Shown: piece after piece, positions 27,535 to 37,239 of the stretch
Numbering within the stretch: position 1 is the stretch's first letter
Layout: each line of letters begins with the position of its first letter
Origin: Candidatus Iainarchaeum sp.
GTDB taxonomy: Archaea > Iainarchaeota > Iainarchaeia > Iainarchaeales > DTGL01
NCBI GenBank assembly: GCA_026413945.1
Contig: JAOAJX010000005.1
Span: 1 to 64,000 of the forward strand
DNA: 64,000 nt
Direction: 5' to 3'
Notes under the pieces: model-generated
What the model was told of the DNA's origin: nothing
The model's input: the letters and a program-made list of their open reading frames with translations, nothing else
Database searches by the model: none
Program-made: the position numbers and the translations under genes

Positions 27535-28548
27535 TTAAGCCCAAAGTATTTTTTCTTCCTCCAATCTCATTCTTTGTTTTATTTGACTACTTCCAATTTC
27601 AGTTTTTTTGCCATACAAATACTCTAATATCCCAAGCCAAGCAATCATCACGCCATTGTCTACACAAAACTTATTTTGCGGAACCAAAAATTTTGTATTA
27701 CGAGAAATGCACATCTTAAACATAATGTTGCGAAGTGCTTTGCTTGCGGCCACCCCACCCACAAGCAAAACCTCAGTTTTTTCAGTATAGGCAAGCGCCC
27801 TTTCAGTGGCTTCCGTAAGCATTGCAAACGCGTTGTGAAGTGTACTAAAAACAAGATTTTCTTTATTGGTTTTTCCTACCAATCTCTTGGCCGCGGTTTC
27901 AAGGCCAGCGAAAGCCAGATCCGTCCCTTTCACAGTATAGGGAAGAAAAAGGTATTTTTTGCCTCTAAAGTAAATTTCATCCAAAGTAGGGCCTGCAGGA
28001 AAGCCGTAGCCGAGTGCTCTGCCGAAAGAATCGAGCATATTTCCAAGACCAATATCTAAAGTTTCACCGAATACCCTGTAAGCGCCATCTTTAAAAGAGA
28101 TTATCTGAGTATTCCCACCACTCACGTAAACTATTAAAGGATCCTTAGCTTTAGTTTCAAGCTTTCCTATCTCGATGTGTGCTAAGCAATGATTAACAGG
28201 AATAAGTGGCTTCCCATTTTTTAAAGCAATAGCTCTTGCACAAGTAGCCCCCACTTTCAAGCATGGGCCAAGTCCTGGACCACGAGCAAATGAAACAATA
28301 TCACAATCACTTATTTTAATTTTTGCCTCATCAAGTGCTTCTTTAATTATTTTTGGAGCATTGTCCAAGTGCTTTTTTGCTGCTTCTTGTGGCCTTATTC
28401 CACCATCAGATAAGAATGAAATCCTCTTATCAGCTATAACCTTGCCCTTTGAATCTACAATGCCAACTCCAAATGTATGGGCTGTGCTCTCAATCCCTAA
28501 GCAAATCTTTTTCTCCAAAAGCACCATTCTCGGCTTCATTATTTCCAT
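27535..28548 (-). CDS. kae1: KEOPS t6A synthase Kae1/TsaD
   Basis: GIESTAHT, GPGLGPCL, HCLAH, VSGGNT, GETLDIG, GGVAA and DNG.MIA motifs. Confidence 0.95.
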   Translation of the reverse strand: MEIMKPRMVLLEKKICLGIESTAHTFGVGIVDSKGKVIADKRISFLSDGGIRPQEAAKKHLDNAPKIIKEALDEAKIKISDCDIVSFARGPGLGPCLKVGATCARAIALKNGKPLIPVNHCLAHIEIGKLETKAKDPLIVYVSGGNTQIISFKDGAYRVFGETLDIGLGNMLDSFGRALGYGFPAGPTLDEIYFRGKKYLFLPYTVKGTDLAFAGLETAAKRLVGKTNKENLVFSTLHNAFAMLTEATERALAYTEKTEVLLVGGVAASKALRNIMFKMCISRNTKFLVPQNKFCVDNGVMIAWLGILEYLYGKKTEIGSSQIKQRMRLEEEKILWA

Positions 28549-28715
28549 TTAGTATAGCCGCAATAACCACAGGTTAAACGGTCTTTATGCTCAGCCAAGA
28601 AAACTCCTGGGCCACATTTTGAGCAGTAAAATCTGTTTCTGCTTACTCCAGCGCCACCACATTCATAAAACTTTGATTTTAAGTGCTTTTTGCTATTTTT
28701 TTTGTTTTTATTCAT
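28539..28715 (-). CDS. rps27ae: 30S ribosomal protein eS31 (S27ae)
   Basis: Hand translation ...CSKCGPGVFLAEHKDRLTCGYCGYT (58 aa); not in the ORF track. Confidence 0.92.
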   Translation of the reverse strand: MNKNKKNSKKHLKSKFYECGGAGVSRNRFYCSKCGPGVFLAEHKDRLTCGYCGYTKWK

Positions 28716-28719
28716 CTAA

Positions 28720-29040
28720 TCACTTCGCATTTTTTTCATCAACAACTTTTTTTCCTTTCTGATCAGTCTTTTCAGTTCCTCTAGAGAGTATATGCTTCGG
28801 CTCAAACCTTTTCAGCAAGTCGCTGTTTTTATATAAGTGTGCTTCTCCAAAGCATCGTCTCTCGCCGAATCGCCTCTTAATATATCTTATTACAATATTT
28901 GATTCATTAGTATTTTTTAATTGTGCAATTCTTTTTTTTACCTCATCTCTCTTAAAAACCAAAGCACCTTTGATTTCAAATATTATTTCCTCTCGACCAA
29001 CTACTGGATTACTTATATCTTCTTTTATTTCTATTTCCAT
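28720..29040 (-). CDS. rps24e: 30S ribosomal protein eS24
   Basis: NP..GREEI.F...FG.....G.A..Y...EPKH; synteny. Confidence 0.88.
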   Translation of the reverse strand: MEIEIKEDISNPVVGREEIIFEIKGALVFKRDEVKKRIAQLKNTNESNIVIRYIKRRFGERRCFGEAHLYKNSDLLKRFEPKHILSRGTEKTDQKGKKVVDEKNAK

Positions 29041-29044
29041 AAAA

Positions 29045-29239
29045 TCACCTGCTTATCCTAAGGGCATATTTTCCTGGTGTGCTTATACCCATTTTTGAGG
29101 CAATCTCTGATTTCTCCGGATTTAGCAGAAGTACATATCCGCGCCAAAAAGTTGTTAGCGCTTTTGATCCACAATTTGGACACTCACTTCCTTTCTCAAT
29201 AACTCTTCTGCAATTCCTACAAACTTTGTCACGCTCCAT
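29045..29239 (-). CDS. spt4: Transcription elongation factor Spt4 (RpoE'')
   Basis: CRNC...CPNCG, W.G and PEKSEIA..MGI..PGKYAL motifs. Confidence 0.93.
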   Translation of the reverse strand: MERDKVCRNCRRVIEKGSECPNCGSKALTTFWRGYVLLLNPEKSEIASKMGISTPGKYALRISR

Positions 29240-29901
29240 TACTTACCACCTTTCTCCTTCTGCTTCTTATCTTTGTCTTCAGAAACTTTAATCGGTTTCT
29301 TCTGTGGCTTATCTTTATCTTTTTTTTCCTTCGTTTTACCACTTCTCGCGTCTTTTATCTGCTGTTCAACCCATTGCTGTTTTCCTAAAAATGGCTGACG
29401 CATAGTTAATCCAATCTTCGAATCAGAAATGCTACCTTTGAGGCTTATACTTACAATTCTAGCTAAGACTTTGTCATTAATCCCTATTTTTAACTTACTC
29501 TCTTTTGAAACAAAAACCGAATTTTTTGAATCATAGTTTAGATACTCATCAATTATTTGGCTCACATGCACAAGGCCTTCTATTGGCCCTATCCTTACAA
29601 ATAAACCAAAGTCAGCCGTTTCGTTTACCACTCCTTCAACAATTTCGTGCATTACAGGTCTAAAAGCCAAAAACTCAAGCTCAGTATCATAATAAACTGC
29701 TCCATCACCATGCACTATTTTACCTTCACCACTTTTTTTAGCGTTGATTACTGCCACTATAACACCTATATCTTCGTCTATAATTCCTTCGTATTGTTCT
29801 TGTGCTAGTTCAAGTAAAGCCTTTTTCATTTTTACGCCAAGCTTTACTGGCGGAACCCTAAGTTTATCCTTTACACGAACAACTTCAAACACATACATCA
29901 C
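29239..29901 (-). CDS. rpo7: RNA polymerase subunit Rpo7 (E')
   Basis: G.IVHGDG, FGLFVRIGP.EGLVH.SQ and KIGLTMRQPFLG; Lys-rich tail. Confidence 0.95.
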   Translation of the reverse strand: MMYVFEVVRVKDKLRVPPVKLGVKMKKALLELAQEQYEGIIDEDIGVIVAVINAKKSGEGKIVHGDGAVYYDTELEFLAFRPVMHEIVEGVVNETADFGLFVRIGPIEGLVHVSQIIDEYLNYDSKNSVFVSKESKLKIGINDKVLARIVSISLKGSISDSKIGLTMRQPFLGKQQWVEQQIKDARSGKTKEKKDKDKPQKKPIKVSEDKDKKQKEKGGK

Positions 29902-30289
29902 TTCCGAAAATTTTTTTATTTCTCAGATAAATAACCTTCCCACCATAACTTTTAATTAATTTCTTAAGTCTCTGATCATGGGTTGCAACAAGAAAGCCTT
30001 TTTTTGATAGACGTGCTAGATCTTTATCCGCATTTTTAGAAAGCATAACTACTTTGATATTTTTATGCTCTAAAATTTTAACAGCTATTTTTGCCCTTTT
30101 CGCAACAGATGTTTCTGCACCTTTTGATTTGGCAATTTTTCTAATTTCGTTTATAACACTTTGTGGAACAAAAATTTCACATAAACCAAAGCTTTTAGTA
30201 AGTTCATCGAATAAGTCAACCTTTTTTTCGATAGAATAAAGTATTATATTAGTATCTAAGGCAATTCTACTGTGCGATCCCATACGCAA
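29885..30289 (-). CDS. PIN-domain (Fcf1/Utp24-like) protein
   Basis: LDTN, VP.SV..E, AD and VAT.D..L motifs; conserved position between aIF2g and rpo7. Confidence 0.85.
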   Translation of the reverse strand: MRMGSHSRIALDTNIILYSIEKKVDLFDELTKSFGLCEIFVPQSVINEIRKIAKSKGAETSVAKRAKIAVKILEHKNIKVVMLSKNADKDLARLSKKGFLVATHDQRLKKLIKSYGGKVIYLRNKKIFGSDVCV

Positions 30290-31481
30290 CTAACCTCCAT
30301 CTCATCTCGTGCTGTTTGCTTATTGCAATCGTTTGCCCTTTCCAAAAAGAGGCCTCTTTTTTAAGCTGCGCACTTATCTTATTGCCCTGAACTTTCTTAA
30401 CAATCGCAAGCGAAGTCATGGTTCCAATAGTCAATACTAAAGACTCCCCAATTTTTATGCTCTGTATCGCTTTTGAAGTGGTTCTATCCATATAATGTAC
30501 TTCCAGCTCAATTTCTTTAGCAGGCTCTGGTAACGTTCCAACAGCGCCGATAAGCTGCCCTTTCATCTGGTCGTTCTGGGTTGTACTTGGATCTAAAGTT
30601 GTTTCTATTGCTATTAGGCCGCCAGGCTTTGCAAAATCGAGCTTTCCAGAGGCTGTGCTTATATTGCAAACAGTTGTGATAACCTTTTTACCATCAAAAC
30701 CAGGGCTTATTTCTATGGCATCACCAACCTTCACTGATCCTTGCAATATAGTACCGCCCAATACACCACCAAACATTTTATCAATCTCTGTTCCGGGGAT
30801 GTTTACATCAAAAGATCGACCACAATACATCTTCAGTGGCTTATTTTCATCTAATAGTGGGCTTTTTATATGTGTTTCCAAAGCTTCAATAAGTGCACTT
30901 ATATTCACTTTCAAATGTGCTGCCGTTGGTATTACTGGAGCACTGACAGAATATGACTTCAAAAATTTTTGTATCTGTGCATAATTCTTGAGAGCTTCAT
31001 CCTTCGTCACAAGATCTATCTTATTCTGTACCACTACGATCTGATCTATTTTACTCATCTTTATAGCATTGAGATGCTCTATAGTTTGTGCTTGTGGGCA
31101 GTCTTCATTAGCAGCAACAACAAGTATGGCCCCATGCATTAGCGCTGCGCCACTAAGCATTGTAGTCATCAAAGTTTCGTGGCCAGGTGCATCGACAAAG
31201 GAAACTTTCCTTTGGAATACTCCATGAGCTTTGCATTTTGGGCAGTTTTCTTCAACAGAAAAATATGTTCCACAATTTGGGCATTTATAAAAATTAGCAT
31301 CAGCATAACCTATTCTTATTGATATGCCTCTTTTTAACTCCTCGCTATGAGTATCCACCCATTTACCAGTGAGTGCTTCTACTAGGCTTGTTTTACCAGC
31401 ATCCACATGGCCTATAAGACCTATATTAACACTTGATTGCACATCTCTGTCTGGTTTTTTTTCTTTTTTAGTTTTTTTCAA
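30267..31481 (-). CDS. eif2g: Translation initiation factor aIF2 gamma
   Basis: GHVDAGKT, EELKRGISIRIGY, Zn knuckle, DAPGHE and QNKID motifs. Confidence 0.95.
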   Translation of the reverse strand: MKKTKKEKKPDRDVQSSVNIGLIGHVDAGKTSLVEALTGKWVDTHSEELKRGISIRIGYADANFYKCPNCGTYFSVEENCPKCKAHGVFQRKVSFVDAPGHETLMTTMLSGAALMHGAILVVAANEDCPQAQTIEHLNAIKMSKIDQIVVVQNKIDLVTKDEALKNYAQIQKFLKSYSVSAPVIPTAAHLKVNISALIEALETHIKSPLLDENKPLKMYCGRSFDVNIPGTEIDKMFGGVLGGTILQGSVKVGDAIEISPGFDGKKVITTVCNISTASGKLDFAKPGGLIAIETTLDPSTTQNDQMKGQLIGAVGTLPEPAKEIELEVHYMDRTTSKAIQSIKIGESLVLTIGTMTSLAIVKKVQGNKISAQLKKEASFWKGQTIAISKQHEMRWRLVAYGIAQ

Positions 31482-31517
31482 TCTACCGCCTCTTTAAATC
31501 TTCTATTTGGTCATTAC

Positions 31518-31907
31518 CTATGTCCCTTTGCTTTCCGCCTTTTCTTCTTTTCCAAGCACCTTTTCTATTGGTTCTTCACCATATTTTGTTATTTTAAGGT
31601 TCAACTGGTTTATGTCTTCAGCAATCACATTGCCTCTAACCCTTTTCCTTTTCATAATTCCTTTTTCTTTAGGTCTATACCCAACCCCCGCTTTGAGAAG
31701 AACCATCGGCCTAGTAACTCCTTCAACAGTTGGTTTCATTGGAAAGCCACATTTATCGCTACCACCAGTTATTTTTGCTTTGTAACCCTTTAGGTTTAAA
31801 ACATCAAGTTCTACTTCCGAGCCTATTTTTTTGCCTAAAAAAACCGGCTTTGGAAAATTTATGTTGTATGCTTTCCTTGTTTTTGGATCACTAATTACAA
31901 TATTCAT
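31518..31907 (-). CDS. rps6e: 30S ribosomal protein eS6
   Basis: ISDP, ITGGSDK.GFPM and RVRGN...I.QLN motifs. Confidence 0.93.
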   Translation of the reverse strand: MNIVISDPKTRKAYNINFPKPVFLGKKIGSEVELDVLNLKGYKAKITGGSDKCGFPMKPTVEGVTRPMVLLKAGVGYRPKEKGIMKRKRVRGNVIAEDINQLNLKITKYGEEPIEKVLGKEEKAESKGT

Positions 31908-31918
31908 ATATCACCACC

Positions 31919-33667
31919 TTAACAGTTCAACAACTTCTTGCTGATTTCATTTATTTCAGCTAAAACACCATGTTCCTCTGCATTTAAATCAAATTCCTTT
32001 AACATAAAAAGATCTCTTTTGCTGATAACACTATAAAGCACACTGTCCTCTTTTATATTCCTGCCAACGACACCGCCTTCAACGGCAATTGCAACTTCTT
32101 GATTCGCAAGTGCCTCATCAATATCTTTTTTGTCACATTGAATTGATGTAATTTTTCCCACTATTTTACCATTTTCGTTCATTAACTCAATGTTTCTCTT
32201 TATTCTACCAGCCAATACTTTTACACCAAATATTGCCGGATCTTTTTTCCTGAAAACATATCTGCTTAGAACTTGAACTTTTGCTGGCCAGACTATCTTT
32301 TTATTCTGTTCCATTTTGATTTCTGCTTCTTTCTCAATCCTCCATTTTAGGTATTCCTCTATTAGCGTATATATTACATCCCCTTTAAATATTTTAATAT
32401 TTAGTTTATCAGCTTCTTCTTGGGCATAACAATCAACATCTACTGAAAAGCCAAGTATAACTGCTTCAAGTGGCATGCTTTCTTTTACAGACGCCGCTTC
32501 CACAACATCTTTTTTCGTTATTGTGCCAATGTCTGCACTGCCAACCATTATTCTTCTTGAATTAAGCATCGAAACAAGTGCTTCAAGTGATCCTAGTGCA
32601 TTTGCCTTCACGATAACGCCTTTTTTGTTTTTAACAATAACAGACTCAATCTCACCTTCTATAATTTTATCAGCATTTTTTGCTGAGGCAAGTAAAAGCG
32701 GAGAACCAGCTAACGCATCGTCAAGGTTAGGCGCAGCTATCTTTATCCCACATGCTGCACTTACTTTTTTAACAGAAGTAAAAGCTGCTCTCTTGTCAGA
32801 TATCTCATTTAATGGTTTTGGTTTAAGGAGAGCTCTTACCTTGGTCTTTATAATGCCATTACGCCCGCCGACAACAATTACATCATTTACGGCTAAGGTG
32901 CCAGCTAATAATATAACATCAATTGTTTTACCAAGGCCAAAATCCTCTTTTGTCTCCAATACTACACCAAAAGCTTCTTCTTGGCTTATCTCGAGTTTTT
33001 TGCTCATAAATTTTTGACTGAGTCCAGCAATGAGTACCAAAAGTTCAGGAATACCTTCACCAGTTTTACCTGAACATGGTACCAAAGCAACCTGTTTCCT
33101 AAAATCTGAGCAATTATCAAATCTTTCACTTGTGAAGCCAAGCTCAAACATTTTTCCAACGACAGAATATAACTTTTCATCAAGTTCAACTATAGCTTCC
33201 TTTGATTGTTTTTTCATATTATCTATGAAACTGCCTTTTTTTGAAATCCAATTAGTAAGGGTATCAATTTTCGTTAAAGCTATGATAAAAGGAGTTCTAT
33301 ACTTCTTAAGTATTTCAATAGATTCAATAGTTTGGTGTTGTATTCCTTGATTTATGTCAACAACCAAAAGCGCCAAATCAGCATTGCTTCCACCCCTTCT
33401 TCTAAGGTTAACAAAAGCTTCATGACCCGGAGTATCTATAAAGAGAACACCAGGTATACTAAGCTTAAAGCCAAACCTTTCAAGAAGATCTGCACTTTCC
33501 TTTTCTATTATATGCTTTGGTATTTCAGTAGCCCCAATATGCTGAGTTATTTTTCCAGGTTCACGCTCTGCAACAATAGTTCCACGTATTGTATCAAGTA
33601 AAGTTGTTTTCCCATGATCAACATGTCCGAGTACTACAACTATTGGTTGCCTTAGCATTTGTACCAC
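31919..33667 (-). CDS. infB: Translation initiation factor aIF5B
   Basis: LRQPIV.VLGHVDHGKT, ITQHIGA, DTPGHEAF and GSLEAL motifs. Confidence 0.96.
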   Translation of the reverse strand: MVQMLRQPIVVVLGHVDHGKTTLLDTIRGTIVAEREPGKITQHIGATEIPKHIIEKESADLLERFGFKLSIPGVLFIDTPGHEAFVNLRRRGGSNADLALLVVDINQGIQHQTIESIEILKKYRTPFIIALTKIDTLTNWISKKGSFIDNMKKQSKEAIVELDEKLYSVVGKMFELGFTSERFDNCSDFRKQVALVPCSGKTGEGIPELLVLIAGLSQKFMSKKLEISQEEAFGVVLETKEDFGLGKTIDVILLAGTLAVNDVIVVGGRNGIIKTKVRALLKPKPLNEISDKRAAFTSVKKVSAACGIKIAAPNLDDALAGSPLLLASAKNADKIIEGEIESVIVKNKKGVIVKANALGSLEALVSMLNSRRIMVGSADIGTITKKDVVEAASVKESMPLEAVILGFSVDVDCYAQEEADKLNIKIFKGDVIYTLIEEYLKWRIEKEAEIKMEQNKKIVWPAKVQVLSRYVFRKKDPAIFGVKVLAGRIKRNIELMNENGKIVGKITSIQCDKKDIDEALANQEVAIAVEGGVVGRNIKEDSVLYSVISKRDLFMLKEFDLNAEEHGVLAEINEISKKLLNC

Positions 33668-34114
33668 TCACCTTAAGCCCGTAGAACCAAAACCTTTTTC
33701 ACCTCTTTCTGTATTTTTGAGTGCATTAGTTTCTCTCAGCTTAAGCATTTCAAATTTGTTAAAAACGATTTGTGCGATTTTTTGTCCTCTTTCAATCTTA
33801 ACTTTCTTTTCACCTAGATTTATTAAAATTACTTTTATTTCACCCCTATAATTAGGATCAATAGTACCAGGAGTATTAAGCACAGTTATGCCATAATTCA
33901 TTGCTAAGCCACTTTTAGGCCTTATCTGTGCCTCAATTCCTTTTGGAAGCGCCATTCTTATACCAGTTCCAACAATTTTTATTTTGCCTGGTTCAATCTC
34001 TGTGCATTCATTTGAAAACAGATCATATCCAGCATCTCCAACTAATGCCTTTTCTGGCAATTTTGCTTTTTGATCAATCTTAACAATTAATGCCTCTTTT
34101 TTCATTTGCATCAC
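33668..34114 (-). CDS. dut: Trimeric dUTPase
   Basis: All five motifs: AGYDL, PKSGLA, GTIDPNYRGE, KIAQ and RGEKGFGSTG. Confidence 0.93.
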   Translation of the reverse strand: MMQMKKEALIVKIDQKAKLPEKALVGDAGYDLFSNECTEIEPGKIKIVGTGIRMALPKGIEAQIRPKSGLAMNYGITVLNTPGTIDPNYRGEIKVILINLGEKKVKIERGQKIAQIVFNKFEMLKLRETNALKNTERGEKGFGSTGLR

Positions 34115-34157
34115 TTAATAAAAAGTGCTGAAGGCACCTTTAGCGATTATGAGTAAA

Positions 34158-34655
34158 TCATACCTTGTTCTTACTGCTTATATTCGAAAGCTCGTCTCTT
34201 GAGTATATCACTGAGTTTAGGCCGTCATAGCTAAAAATTTCTTCTTTTTCAAAAAAGAGCTCTATTTCCTTTTTAGCCACAATGCTATCAGAAGATGCAT
34301 GAATTACGTTATTTTGCTGACTCATCGAATATTTGCCCCTTATCGTGCCGGGATCAGCATCACGACCGTTTGTTGAACCAACTAATTTGCGGACAACATT
34401 TACTGCATCAAGCCCTTCTACAATTGCAAGTACTACCGGCCCAGAGCTCATAAATGAAACCAAGCTATTGAAAAACGGTTTTCCCTTATGCTCTGCGTAA
34501 TGTTTTTCCAAAATTTGCCTTTCAATGATCTTCATCTTCATCGCAGAAATCTTGAGACCTTTTTTCTCGAAGGTTGAAATTATCTCACCAATAAGTCCCC
34601 TGGTGATTGCGTCTGGCTTTATTATAACAAGTGTCTGCTCATATGTTAAGGCCAT
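34158..34655 (-). CDS. ndk: Nucleoside diphosphate kinase
   Basis: IKPD, HYAEH.GKPFF, PGTIRG and NVIHASS motifs. Confidence 0.95.
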   Translation of the reverse strand: MALTYEQTLVIIKPDAITRGLIGEIISTFEKKGLKISAMKMKIIERQILEKHYAEHKGKPFFNSLVSFMSSGPVVLAIVEGLDAVNVVRKLVGSTNGRDADPGTIRGKYSMSQQNNVIHASSDSIVAKKEIELFFEKEEIFSYDGLNSVIYSRDELSNISSKNKV

Positions 34656-34663
34656 TTTCACAC

Positions 34664-34828
34664 CTATTTTTGCTTGTTGACCCATTTTAGCTTAGAAGGG
34701 TTTCTGCTAAGCATAATCATATTCTTCTCACATTTTTTTGAACAAAAACAAAGTATTCGGCCAGCTTTTGTGACCATAATCTTACCTGTACCTTCCACTA
34801 TCTTATCTTTACAAAACGAACATTGCAA
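34664..34828 (-). CDS. rpl24e: 50S ribosomal protein eL24
   Basis: Hand translation MQCSFC...GTGK...FCSKKCEKN...RNP.KLKW (54 aa); TTG start after GGTGA. Confidence 0.92.
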   Translation of the reverse strand: MQCSFCKDKIVEGTGKIMVTKAGRILCFCSKKCEKNMIMLSRNPSKLKWVNKQK

Positions 34829-34837
34829 AAAAATCAC

Positions 34838-35044
34838 CTAGAACTCCTTTATTTCAGTGGCCTCAATTTCAGTGTCGAGAAGTGTAACTATATCTCCAAT
34901 CCTTGTATTTCCGCGTATATTTCTCCTCTTTATTCGACCTTTTTCCGGACCTTCTAATATTTGCACAAGAGCTTGCACTATCTCCCCTTGTACGCCTGTC
35001 CGTTTTATTATTTCAACAACTTTTGCTGGAGTACCTTCTGGCAT
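34838..35044 (-). CDS. rps28e: 30S ribosomal protein eS28
   Basis: A.VVEII.RTG..GE..Q...GRI..RN..G...GD...L.TE.EA pattern. Confidence 0.92.
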   Translation of the reverse strand: MPEGTPAKVVEIIKRTGVQGEIVQALVQILEGPEKGRIKRRNIRGNTRIGDIVTLLDTEIEATEIKEF

Positions 35045-35418
35045 TACTTCACCTTACTTTCTTTTTTTGCCCTAACTTCTTGTATCTTTTTTATGATTTC
35101 AGCAAGCTCCTTTGCTGCGCTACCTGGTTCAGCAATGGCAACGCTACTTGCTGCTACATTTAGCCCTGCCTTTTCACCAAGTTCTTTTTTTGTCTTAACA
35201 AAACTATAAGTTATGCCTTTCTCATCACAAATCAAAGGTATATGCATAACTATTTCTTTCGGCTCAACATCTTGGGCTATCAAAACTAGTTTTGCTTCAC
35301 CCCTCTCAATAGATTTAGTAACTTCGTTTACACCTATCCTAAGTTTGCCACTTTCAGATATTCTCTGAAGCAGCCTGAGCTGTTCAGCGGCAAGTTCTTC
35401 TGATACATTAAACTCCAT
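35044..35418 (-). CDS. rpl7ae: 50S ribosomal protein eL8 (L7Ae)
   Basis: G.NEVTK.IERG.AKLV.IA.DV.P.EIV.H.P..C.EK motif. Confidence 0.96.
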   Translation of the reverse strand: MEFNVSEELAAEQLRLLQRISESGKLRIGVNEVTKSIERGEAKLVLIAQDVEPKEIVMHIPLICDEKGITYSFVKTKKELGEKAGLNVAASSVAIAEPGSAAKELAEIIKKIQEVRAKKESKVK

Positions 35419-35420
35419 AA

Positions 35421-35461
35421 TCTAAGACCTCCTACCTTTCGGTTTTTCATCGGAAATTAGA
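35421..35461 (-). promoter_or_regulatory. Kink-turn in the rpl7ae 5' UTR overlapping the SD
   Basis: mRNA reads UCUAAUUU-CC-GAU-GA-AAAACC-GAAA-GGUAG-GA-GG-UCUUAGA; TATA-like TTTTAAAA at 35490-35497. Confidence 0.7.
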
Positions 35462-35516
35462 AGCCTTTATCTATTTATTCTAGAGGAAGTTTTAAAATTG
35501 TTTGTTGCAAGCAAAG

Positions 35517-37175
35517 TTATCTGTGTATAAATATCCCCATGATTCCGTTTTCGCTTATAGCATCCACTTTCACAAAACCGAGATTGTCAATGTAATATGT
35601 CTCGCCTTCTTTAAAATTTATGCTTTTATCAGCAAATTTCTTAATCGTAGTGCCGTCAGGCATCTTTATGTATAAATCAATAGTGGAAAGCACCCAAGGC
35701 ACTATGGGTTCTATTTTTTCGTGCCCAGCATATTCCGCAAACGCTTGCATTTCTGTGATTTTTTTCAGCTTTACATTATATGCATTTCTAAGTCTGAAAA
35801 TGCCCTTAGTAGATTCAATTGCGCTTTTATCAACCAAGAAAGGCTGCAGGTCAGCGTTTAAGTTTATAGTTATATTTTCACCTAACTTGACTGTTTTTTC
35901 TGGTGGAAATTCCACTATGAGTTTAAATGGTTTTTCTATTGTGTTGATTCGTGGGCTTTTTTCACTTATTAATTCCCTATTTATAGCGGTAAGCATATCC
36001 CACTCAACAGTTGTATCATTAGGCTTAGTACCTATTTCCATTATTATCCGCCTTATCGTTTCTGGGACAAACCCGCGCTTTCTTAAAGCAACTATAGTAC
36101 CTAGTCTTGGATCATCCCAACCGCTATACAAACCCTCCTCTATTGCAGCTTTTGTTTTAGATGTTGAAAGAATTACACCTTCTAGCATTACACGACCAGT
36201 ATATATTGTGTGTGGGTACTCCCAGCCAAAATAATTATATAGAAAAACTTGCTTTGTCTCGTTTTGTTTGTGTTCTTGCCCCCTGATAATTAGAGTCACC
36301 TCCATTAGATGGTCATCTATTGCTGAAGCAAAGTTGTAGCTTGGCCATACATGCTGATCATCTTTGACTTTTGGGTGATTTGGTTTATCAACAACTTTTG
36401 CAATCCACCAGTCCCTAACACTTGGATCTAGGTGGCTTAAAATAGTTTTTATCCTTATTACAGCTTCACCTTCTTTATACTGATTTTTGACCATTTTATC
36501 AAATCTTTTCATGTGCTCCTTTGATGGTTTTTCTCTGCACGGGCATGGAAGTTGCTTTTTTACTCTGGCACGCCAATACTCAGGATTACATGTACAAACA
36601 TATGCTCTCCCGCTTTCTATGAGCTCAACCATGTATTTTTTGTATATTTCTAGCCTATCGCTGGCAAAATAGACTTCGTCAATTTTACATCCCAACCACT
36701 CAAGATCACGCCTGAAAATTTCTTCAGCATTTGGCATCGGCTTTTTAACTTTTGGATCAGTATCGTCAAACCTTAATATAAATTTTCCATCATATTTTCT
36801 TGCATAGTCATGACTCAAAATAGCCGCCCTCGCATTGCCTATATGCATAGGCCCATTCGGATTTGGCGCAAACCTTGTTATAACTTTCTGCTTTTTAGCC
36901 CATGGTAGATCCTCCAACCCCAAAACCTTCTGCTTTGGCTTTAGCTCGTAACCCTCAATATTTTCGATTTTTTGATACTCATTTTTTATTTCATCAAAGG
37001 CCATGGCATTTACTTTAGAAACAGCTTCCTTAGCAATTTCTGACAAGGTTTTTATGTCAGAATCTGGAAATAGCGCCTTAAGCTTACCAACAACAGCAAC
37101 CTCATTCGCTTTTCCTTCGTGTAAAAATGCATTCTTTATCGAATATTTGTATGCAGCATTTTCTATGCTTTGCAT
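35517..37175 (-). CDS. gltX: Glutamate--tRNA ligase (archaeal type)
   Basis: RFAPNPNGPMHIGN, LRFDDTDP, WP.YNFA.AIDDH, LSTSK and GWDDPRL motifs. Confidence 0.95.
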   Translation of the reverse strand: MQSIENAAYKYSIKNAFLHEGKANEVAVVGKLKALFPDSDIKTLSEIAKEAVSKVNAMAFDEIKNEYQKIENIEGYELKPKQKVLGLEDLPWAKKQKVITRFAPNPNGPMHIGNARAAILSHDYARKYDGKFILRFDDTDPKVKKPMPNAEEIFRRDLEWLGCKIDEVYFASDRLEIYKKYMVELIESGRAYVCTCNPEYWRARVKKQLPCPCREKPSKEHMKRFDKMVKNQYKEGEAVIRIKTILSHLDPSVRDWWIAKVVDKPNHPKVKDDQHVWPSYNFASAIDDHLMEVTLIIRGQEHKQNETKQVFLYNYFGWEYPHTIYTGRVMLEGVILSTSKTKAAIEEGLYSGWDDPRLGTIVALRKRGFVPETIRRIIMEIGTKPNDTTVEWDMLTAINRELISEKSPRINTIEKPFKLIVEFPPEKTVKLGENITINLNADLQPFLVDKSAIESTKGIFRLRNAYNVKLKKITEMQAFAEYAGHEKIEPIVPWVLSTIDLYIKMPDGTTIKKFADKSINFKEGETYYIDNLGFVKVDAISENGIMGIFIHR

Positions 37176-37239
37176 ATATGCTATTTATATAGGAATATTT
37201 TTAAATATGAACAAAAGTTGAACAAAATTAGAATTCAAA

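Noticed and set aside
29885-30289. VapC toxin of a toxin-antitoxin pair
   Set aside because: No antitoxin is adjacent, and it occupies the conserved housekeeping slot between aIF2g and rpo7.
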